Shown: in pieces, positions 10,574 through 17,827 of the stretch
How the letters are laid out: every line of letters begins with the position of its first letter
Position numbering within the stretch: the first letter of the stretch is position 1
Assembly (NCBI RefSeq): GCF_006345805.1
Contig: NW_021824750.1
Span: 1 to 17,827 of the forward strand
DNA length: 17,827 nt
Source: Octopus sinensis
Taxonomy: Eukaryota
Reading direction: 5' to 3'
Notes under the pieces: model-generated
Databases searched by the model: none
Seen by the model: only the letters and a program-made list of their open reading frames with translations
What the model was told of the DNA's origin: nothing
Position numbers and translations under genes: made by a program

Positions 10574-10616
10574 AGAAGAAGAAAAGAAGAAGAAGAAGAA
10601 GAAAAGAAGAAGAAGA
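10435..10616. repeat. (GAA)n trinucleotide array, about 180 bp
   Basis: Direct inspection; GTA, GAG and AAA-type interruptions. Confidence 0.99.
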
Positions 10617-10710
10617 CAACAGCAAATACTAGGAAATTAGAGGACATTACTGTTTTAATTTCTGTCCATGTATAAGTCGGTAGTAGATTATTCTTGAGTA
10701 TTCATAATAT

Positions 10711-10832
10711 TGATTTCAAATATTGTCACAAGGCCAGCAAGTTTGGGGAAGAGGTTAAGTCGCTACACCTCCTCCAGTGCCGCGATGCATTTTGCCTGGC
10801 ATGCTAGCAATACTGCTAGTTCGCTGCCTTTA
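10711..10832 (+). mobile_element. Internally deleted SINE (family A)
   Basis: ttaagtcgctacacctcctccagtgc matches 30-59 and gcattttgcctggcatgctagcaatactgctagttcgctgcctt matches 160-201. The intervening ~100 nt of the first copy are replaced by 6 nt. Confidence 0.75.
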
Positions 10833-11134
10833 GAATAATATTATAAATAATGTTGTTATAGGGATTTAAATAACACTGGTAGCGGTGTTCTGCTATTTTT
10901 ATGTTCCATATGTAAACCAGCCATCTACACATAAAAAATGATGGTATCTATACTTTCCCCCTTTCACTAATTCCTGTTCTTTTTATCGTCACTCTATCCA
11001 GTATTCTCCCTGATAAATTTCAATACACCGTTCTTTCCTTTCTCTTTAAAAGTACGTACAAACCACAAGTCTCTGTTCTCACATTCATCCATCATTCTTT
11101 ATCTTCTTCCTCACATACATATGCTCTTTTCTTA

Positions 11135-11154
11135 TGCAGAAATTCTCTCTCTTA

Positions 11155-11185
<31 letters not shown>

Positions 11186-11186
11186 T
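11135..11186. repeat. (CT)n microsatellite in a long pyrimidine-rich tract
   Basis: Direct inspection. Confidence 0.95.
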
Positions 11187-11274
11187 CTATACTCAGTCAA
11201 TGTCCGGTCTGTTTGTTTCTCTAACATACTTCCCTTTACAATAAGCCTTTAGTCTCATTTTTTTCCTTTTTCAG

Positions 11275-11441
11275 GAGAGGCACTGGTTTCTCCTTCCAAC
11301 ACATGAAGAGAGAAAGAAGCCAGAGAAACAACCAAGAAATCTTGACATACGATTTAACGTTTTATATATGAACATGCTTTTCATGAGTGAATATACAATT
11401 GTGAAATTCAAATAAAACACCACAAGGTTAACAATAATAAA
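11275..11441 (+). other. Candidate terminal exon (strong 3' splice site, two AATAAA signals); unproven
   Basis: Acceptor gtctcatttttttcctttttcag|G at 11274/11275, branch-like CTCAT (11254-11258) and CTAAC (11221-11225), purine-rich exon start, AATAAA at 11411-11416 and 11436-11441. Confidence 0.35.
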
Positions 11442-12327
11442 CCATCATCTATATGAATAGTACAATAGAGATTGTACAACACTGGTTGTAATTTCTGAAA
11501 TTTAATGAAACTGTCGTTAGAATCACAAACGTTTTTTAGAAATATATTTATATTTATTACTGTTTTTATTCATTTTATCATTTATATACGACAGTAGAAT
11601 GTTAACACGAAATCAATTTGAGCAAGCTCCACTGAAATTGCTGTTCTCTCTCTCTCTATATATATATATATAAACGTATATGATTGTGTGTGCGCGTGCG
11701 TGAATTTATGTATGTATATATGTATGTATGTAGATAAATATTACTTGGATGAGATATATTACGCCTTTCAAATATAATTTTTCTGAACAAACTCATGAGT
11801 TGAAGAAAATTATCAATTTAGATAATAAGATGTGTATCACATATTTCTGTGTATATTGATATATAACTATAAATATGCATACATAACATGTTTTACCAAC
11901 AAATCATCGTCATCGGTATCGTCATCATCATCATCGTGATCATCACCACCAACTACAACAACAACAACTGCACACCCACCACTACTACAAGCACTTCATT
12001 CACCAACATCACCATCGACTTTATCATTCGCATCACATACGGTTTCCACGTGTGTTTTGTAGCAGTTCCAAATATGTAAGGAGAATTCCGATAACAATCT
12101 GTATATCATAATGCATGACAAATGCATGGTAATGATAATGATATTTTATAATTAAATTCTTGACAGTGTGTAAATGCACCGGATCACACACGTACGCACA
12201 CAAAAAAGTGTGTGCGTGTATATAATATTAATATAGGTGTGTGCGTGCATGTGTGTGTAATTTATAATATATGTACGTTAGTATATATATGTATATATAT
12301 ATATGTATATATAATATTATATATAAT

Positions 12328-12374
<47 letters not shown>

Positions 12375-12622
12375 AACGTATATATGTATATTGTTAAATT
12401 AATATTCGTAATCTATGTAATTTCCTTTCATGTGGTGTATAATGTATTTAATTCCTCCCATTTTATTTCTTAACTAGAAAATTATAATATATATTTATTC
12501 ATTGAGTATGTTCACATGTATTTAATTGAGATCATTTGACTCTTGTGTGTTTGTATGTAAAAAAAGTAAAAGGATACCTTCATATATATGTATATATATG
12601 CGCATCTTTCTGAGCGTGTATA

Positions 12623-12626
<4 letters not shown>

Positions 12627-12669
<43 letters not shown>
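12627..12669. repeat. (TG)n microsatellite
   Basis: Direct inspection. Confidence 0.98.
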
Positions 12670-12671
<2 letters not shown>

Positions 12672-12898
12672 TTATATTCCTGATAGCCGGTACCTGGCCT
12701 GTTTCTGGACGATACAAACTGATTTTTGTTAGACTCACCTGTTCTTATATATATATATATATATACATTGCTTTATATGTACGAAACCAATGGTCGCTCT
12801 CTGACCAGCCATAACAATCAATCTTATGTAGATACATATATACATACATACATGCATACATATATATTGCATATATAATCTCTTACCAAGGGAGGGAT

Positions 12899-12944
12899 GA
12901 TCGTGACGTCCAGGTTTCGACCTGTTACCCTTCGTCAGACAGTC
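12899..12944 (-). ncRNA. Minimal type I hammerhead-ribozyme-like motif (Penelope-type), core intact
   Basis: The minus strand reads gactgt-CTGACGA-agggtaacaggtc-GAAA-cctggac-GTC-acgatc. Helix I pairs at 5 of 6 positions (one G-U), helix III is 2 bp with a 6-nt loop, and helix II is weak. Confidence 0.45.
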
Positions 12945-12981
12945 TAACGAAAGCTGAAACACCGAAATAGCTGTCACCTCA
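12938..12981 (+). ncRNA. Degenerate minimal hammerhead-like motif with a G5A core change; probably inactive
   Basis: The plus strand reads gacagt-CTAACGA-aagctgaaacacc-GAAA-tagct-GTC-acctca. It has the same 13-nt spacer as the minus motif and a palindromic AGCT in the helix III loop; helix I is only 2 bp. Confidence 0.35.
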
Positions 12982-13589
12982 CTTTTTAAAAAAGTTTAAT
13001 AATCATGTACTCTATTGAAAACTATTGAAGAATTCTCAGTTTAATCTTAATTTGCACTTATATATAACTTAACGTAAAAGGCCAATAATTATTATGTGTA
13101 TAGAGCTAGAAAACTAGATTGTGTGCCTGTGTGTATGAGAGAGAGAGAGGTATATACACATATATATGTACGTATTCATCCATATACAGAAGCCAGACAG
13201 AACATGTACTGCATTGAATCATACATTTTCGGGTTTTTCTACATTACTTTTTTTTTAATATTGAGGAGGTGAAGATTTAAGTAAAATGTTTTCGAAAATC
13301 TATTCTATTCCATTCTATTCACGTACGTATATGTCAGACGTAGAAGAATATTTCTCATTGATTTAGGTGGAAATCAGCGTTTTGCACAGAACTGTTCATT
13401 GATTATATACAAGCATGGTCTAAGTTCTAAGTTAACAAGTCGCCCGATTTCTAATATTGATTTATCAATAAACCTTTTACTCAATTCATACACATTCGAA
13501 CCTCATGATTTGGTGAATACGAATAGCATGCAAGGCAAAATTCCTCTGCAAGATTTGCACATTGTACATATATGTACGTATGTCTGTTT

Positions 13590-13840
13590 GTCTGTGAATC
13601 TATCCATCTATCCGTCTCTCTCCTTCTCTCTCTCTCTCTCTCTCTCTGTCTCTCCATGTATATATATATACACACACATATATATACTTACATATATATA
13701 TATATGAATACACATATATACATACATATATATATATATATGTATATATATGTATATATATATGTATGTATATATATATGTATGTATGTATGTATATATA
13801 TATAGGCGTGTGTAAGAGAGGGAGATAGAGATAGAGAGAA
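13590..13840. repeat. Compound (TC)-(CA/CATA)-(TA)-(TATG)-(GA) quasi-palindromic array
   Basis: Direct inspection. Confidence 0.85.
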
Positions 13841-13963
13841 AGTCTGGCTTCTATGCATGTATATAATTGTGTGTACTTATGCATTCATTCTCTGGCAACT
13901 ATGTTATCATTAAGCCCAAGTAAGGTATCATATGATATCAAATACCCAGTTAACAAGTGACGG

Positions 13964-13967
<4 letters not shown>

Positions 13968-14020
<53 letters not shown>

Positions 14021-14035
14021 TAGATAGATAGATAG

Positions 14036-14073
<38 letters not shown>

Positions 14074-14125
14074 TAGATAGATAGATATAGAGATAGATAG
14101 ATAGATAGATAGATGATAGATAGAT
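13968..14125. repeat. (TA)n followed by (GATA)n
   Basis: Direct inspection. Confidence 0.97.
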
Positions 14126-14454
14126 ACATATATATGTATATATATATATTAGTGTGTGTGTGTTTGTGTGTACTTAGACTACGTTTCAATATCTCAATTA
14201 TCAGTAAATTTGCAAACACTATATGAAGAAAGACTAATAAATATTCTGATCTCCCTTGTCACTATTACAAACACCGCTGGAACCTGCATCAACAGCATTG
14301 GAATCTATCACAATAAGTGATCCTCCAGTTGATCACTGATTTTACTAGAATTAGATTATAAATTGGCACTGTATTTCCAACAAATCGAACACTATACTTT
14401 CTACCTAAGCTAAGGAAATAACACATGGTAGAAATCAGCCTTACATATATAACT

Positions 14455-14520
14455 GTGGAGGCGCAATGGCCCAATATTTAGGGCAGCTGACTCGCGTCGT
14501 AGGTCGTGGTTTCGATTCTC
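14455..14520 (+). mobile_element. Isolated tRNA-derived SINE head, truncated after the B box
   Basis: gtggaggcgcaatggcccaatatttaggg...gtggtttcgattc is homologous to the head of the SINE at 3401-3668. The sequence runs directly into (CT)n. Confidence 0.75.
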
Positions 14521-14523
14521 ACT

Positions 14524-14556
<33 letters not shown>

Positions 14557-14570
14557 ATATCTATCTATCT

Positions 14571-14621
<51 letters not shown>

Positions 14622-14631
14622 ATATACATAT

Positions 14632-14697
<66 letters not shown>

Positions 14698-14730
14698 TAG
14701 ATAGATAGATTGATAGATAGATAGATAGAT
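14521..14730. repeat. Compound (CT)n(CTAT)n(TA)n(GATA)n array
   Basis: Direct inspection. Confidence 0.97.
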
Positions 14731-14979
14731 TCATTGACCGTCAGGTTAAAAGATAGAATGATAAACTGATGAAACAGACTCACATTATAAAAAAACAACC
14801 AGACAATAGGATAAAGGAAGGTTGAGCAAATGGATATTCAGTGGAAAATAAGTTCCAGCTATTATGAAGATGTAGATAATGCTGCTGACAAGAAAGAAGG
14901 AGTAAGAGAAAATGAACAAACGAGACATACACACACACACATACACATAAAGGTATACACTATATGTACTCCTATATGT

Positions 14980-15021
<42 letters not shown>

Positions 15022-15214
15022 ATATATATATATATACACACACATCTACAAATACCACACACATATACAAATATATATATATGTACATATATATATATAA
15101 TATATATATACTGCTGTTGTAGCTGATGTGAAAAAGATAGGTGAAAGCATATGATAAATTTGGAAGAAAATCATGTGTTACTTAAGCAGCCAACAAAAAT
15201 GGAAGCCAACGTGA

Positions 15215-15219
15215 CACAC

Positions 15220-15256
<37 letters not shown>

Positions 15257-15298
15257 CACATGCACACACATACACACACACACAAACACACACACACA

Positions 15299-15339
<41 letters not shown>

Positions 15340-15345
15340 TATATA
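15215..15345. repeat. (CA)n/(TA)n compound microsatellite
   Basis: Direct inspection. Confidence 0.95.
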
Positions 15346-15583
15346 TACATTCGTGATATGTCACCGCTGAAATATTATTTCCTATTACTGATATACTAAA
15401 TGAATTCCTCCAAAATTATTGGAAATAAAAATGAATATGGAAATACTGCTGACCCATTGTTGAATAGAAATATATCTTATAAGCATAGCAGCAAATATGA
15501 AAAGCAAAAAAGAAAAAAAAATCTAGCGCGGTTAAGAAAAATATATAGCTCGACCAATATGTCATTTCATTTCTGTAACATAA

Positions 15584-15603
15584 CATCATCGTCTTCGTCA
15601 TCT

Positions 15604-15634
<31 letters not shown>

Positions 15635-15657
15635 CGTCATCATCATCATCCTCTTCA
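15584..15657. repeat. Imperfect (TCA)n microsatellite
   Basis: Direct inspection; gives poly-Ser and poly-Met ORFs. Confidence 0.95.
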
Positions 15658-15919
15658 TTATGATCTGCAGTTTAAATATGTTTCTTTAAAGGGAACATGA
15701 CATTGTAGTTTTGTAATTATTATCAGATAATACCATATAACAATGATATGGAAGGAAAAAAAGTGAGACGCATTAAGAATGAATGCACCTAGAGATAAAA
15801 CAAAGCCATTTTTAAAAAATATCCAGGTATTAATTTTGCAGATATTAGAGTAAGCTAACATTTAGCTAAAACAAACACACATGTACACACACTTCTTCAT
15901 ACACGTGCATAAACAACAC

Positions 15920-15962
<43 letters not shown>

Positions 15963-15987
15963 CACATACGTATATATATACATAGAT

Positions 15988-16440
15988 GGCGCAAGCATGG
16001 ACGTGTGGTAAGAAGCTTGATTCCCAACCACATGGTTCTGGGTTCAGTTCCACTGCGAGGGACCTTAGGCAGTTATCTTCTACTATACCTTCGGGCCGAG
16101 TAAAGCCTTTTAAGTGGATTTTGTACGCGGAAACTGGAAGAAGTCTGTCGTACGCACGCACGCTCGTGCATACACACACACATACCCATACACACACACA
16201 GACCCATACACACACACACACATATATATATTTATGTGTGTGTGTCTGTTTTTACTCCCACCACCGCTTGACAACTCATGCTGGTATATTTTGTGTACTC
16301 GTAAATTAGCGGTTCGGCAAAAGTGACCGATATAATTAGTACTACGATTACAAAGAATAAGTCCCAGGGATCAATTTGTTCGACTAAAGTCGCTACTCCA
16401 ACATGGATGAATGAAACATATGAAAAAATAAAAGAATATA
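15988..16440 (+). mobile_element. tRNA-derived SINE (family B) with expanded internal microsatellite
   Basis: Head ggcgcaagcatggacgtgtggtaag with B-box-like gggttcagttcc, then gaccttaggcag (resembling the ccttgggcaag signature of CORE-like SINE domains; inference), an internal CA/TA/TG array at ~16150-16245 and an A-rich tail. Homologous to 8735-9111. Confidence 0.9.
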
Positions 16441-16479
16441 TTAATTCAATAATAATGTTTTTCACTTGATACCATAGCA

Positions 16480-16810
16480 TTTGTAAGATTATGAGAAAGA
16501 ACATGAGATTATGAGAATATCATGGACGGAAGATAAAACTAGTAATTACTTACAATGAACTGGAAAACAAAACTAAGAAAATTTGTCTAAAGATTATCAA
16601 AGTGTATAATTTGAACATTCTTTAAAGAAAATGCCTTACACTCGGTTAACGGAGGGCAAAAAGGAATGGAAAGGAGGAAGAGGAAGAGTAACAGTAACAA
16701 TTATGACGGTGGATAGTAGCAAAAATTTAAACAAGATTAACATGCGATGAGCTTAATAAAAGCATTTGGAAACAACCAAGACTTTGATCGATGGCTCAAC
16801 ATGCTGAAAA
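16480..16810 (+). pseudogene. Decayed 3' fragment of an RTE-clade-like LINE ORF
   Basis: One frame from 16511 gives MRISWTEDKTSN...FEHSLKK...LTEGKKEWKGGRGR with in-frame stops, then QDFDRWLNM in another frame at 16777. The order matches the RTE C-terminal pattern LRISWT..tN / FGHi.R / EGk.eGkR.RGR / qDR..W. Confidence 0.6.
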
Positions 16811-16822
16811 CAGATATTAGAT

Positions 16823-17075
16823 CACCGGTTTTCAACATGGGTTCAATTGACCTTCTGGGATTCATATTAGGTTTTGTTGTTTAAGATTTATGTGCCATAA
16901 ATCGATTATGAGTCTATAATACACAAAATATTTTAACAAATCGTTTTCATAATTCCTTATAATATTTAATTATAAACAGTAGTAGAAATTTTTTAAACAT
17001 CAAATGGCCATGATGTCTATTAGAGTAAAAAAAAATTAGAGAAGTCCATACGCAAAAAATGGCTGCGAACCACTG
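16823..17075. mobile_element. Non-autonomous hAT-type DNA transposon (MITE), 253 bp
   Basis: Left end caccggttttcaaca and right end ggctgcgaaccactg match the Charlie-type terminus CAGTGGTTCTCAACC at 11/15 and 13/15 positions. The 8-bp flanks tattagat (16815-16822) and cattagag (17076-17083) match at 6/8. Confidence 0.72.
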
Positions 17076-17083
17076 CATTAGAG

Positions 17084-17103
17084 GGTGGTGGTGGTGGTGG
17101 TGG
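17084..17103. repeat. (GGT)n microsatellite
   Basis: Direct inspection. Confidence 0.9.
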
Positions 17104-17478
17104 ATATTTGGAGCCCAGTTAGTCTTTGTTATTTGTAGAACAATGCATAAAAATTTGAACTGCTACTTCGATTGTCACCAATAAAATTCCCCCTTTCTGT
17201 TGCTGCTGAAGAGAGAGCAAAGTATTCATTGATAGATCATGTTATGGACGGTCTGTTCCAGCTATCTGATAATTGACTATATTCATTTCATCTATATAAA
17301 TACAATAAATAGTTATGTCAACTGTTAAAAACAAACTCACGCGTGCATATGAATTCGGAGAGGAGTGTCAATGAAGTGGGCGAGAGGGGCATCAGACGGA
17401 TAGTTATAGGGACAAAGATGTCGGTGAAAATGAACAGCAGCGATTTTCTATTGTTTTTATCCAGGACGTACTAAAGAA

Positions 17479-17592
17479 TCTTTTCTACTCTAGGCACAAG
17501 GCCCAACATTTGGGGGGAGGATGCTAGGAGATCAGATCGACCCCAGTACATACCTGTTACTTAATTTATAGACCCCGAAAGGATGAGACGCA
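17479..17592 (+). mobile_element. SINE fragment (family A), 3' truncated
   Basis: gatcgaccccagtac...tacttaatttatagaccccgaaaggatga aligns to 43-96; cacaaggcc is shared with 10727-10735. Confidence 0.8.
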
Positions 17593-17827
17593 CTGAATAA
17601 TATAGTACATCAACAGCTATTTAAAAGTTACGTACACATATTATATATATATATACATATATATATGTACACTAACCTATTACAATATTTGAAAGCAGAA
17701 ATTAATGCTTGCATTGCAGTTTACTGCAACAGAATGGTAAAACGTATTAAAACCATGAGTTTACTAAAATATCCAAGCATTTTTGAATCACATTCATTGT
17801 CAATAATAAAGAAGGATATGTTTTTGA

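Noticed and set aside
11887-12107. His/Gln-rich open frame without ATG
   Set aside because: Decayed (CAT)/(CAA)/(CAC) repeats; no start codon or upstream acceptor.
13285-13707. 141-codon stop-free frame with possible exon 13367-13512
   Set aside because: About a third is microsatellite, the rest has no recognisable homology, and a frame this long can occur by chance.
3401-16100. tRNA-like sequences as true tRNA genes
   Set aside because: The A/B-box heads are fused to SINE bodies, are mutated, and I could not build a complete cloverleaf.
416-16504. Numerous I/Y-, C/V-, H/T-, L/S/I/Y-, poly-V/N/F/S/M-rich ORFs
   Set aside because: They are translations of di-, tri- and tetranucleotide repeats that lack stop codons.
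17084-17103. G-quadruplex potential of (GGT)n, and of the GGA tract at 885-909
   Set aside because: Only two-tier GG runs, common in repeat-rich genomes, with no supporting context.
1-17827. CRISPR array, prokaryotic operon or defence system
   Set aside because: No regularly spaced repeat-spacer units or dense coding regions; the content is typical animal non-coding DNA.

Overview
AT-rich eukaryotic non-coding DNA (intronic or intergenic), densely filled with simple repeats. The interspersed repeats match my recollection of octopus (coleoid cephalopod) SINE families, so the taxon is an inference that I have not checked against any database. I recognise no intact protein-coding gene, rRNA, true tRNA or CRISPR array, and the supplied ORFs are microsatellite or SINE read-through. 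Supported content: seven SINE copies or fragments, one with an exact 15-bp target-site duplication and several with lesions in their Pol III promoter boxes; a decayed RTE-like LINE 3' fragment; a 253-bp hAT-type MITE with terminal inverted repeats and an 8-bp target-site duplication; and many compound microsatellites, several arranged as foldbacks. The most unusual signal is an ~80-bp palindromic element at 12899-12981 with two back-to-back minimal hammerhead-ribozyme-like motifs, one per strand, of the type associated with Penelope-like retroelements. Weak splice-signal candidates (2586-2610, 11275-11441) hint at a + strand host transcript but are unproven.
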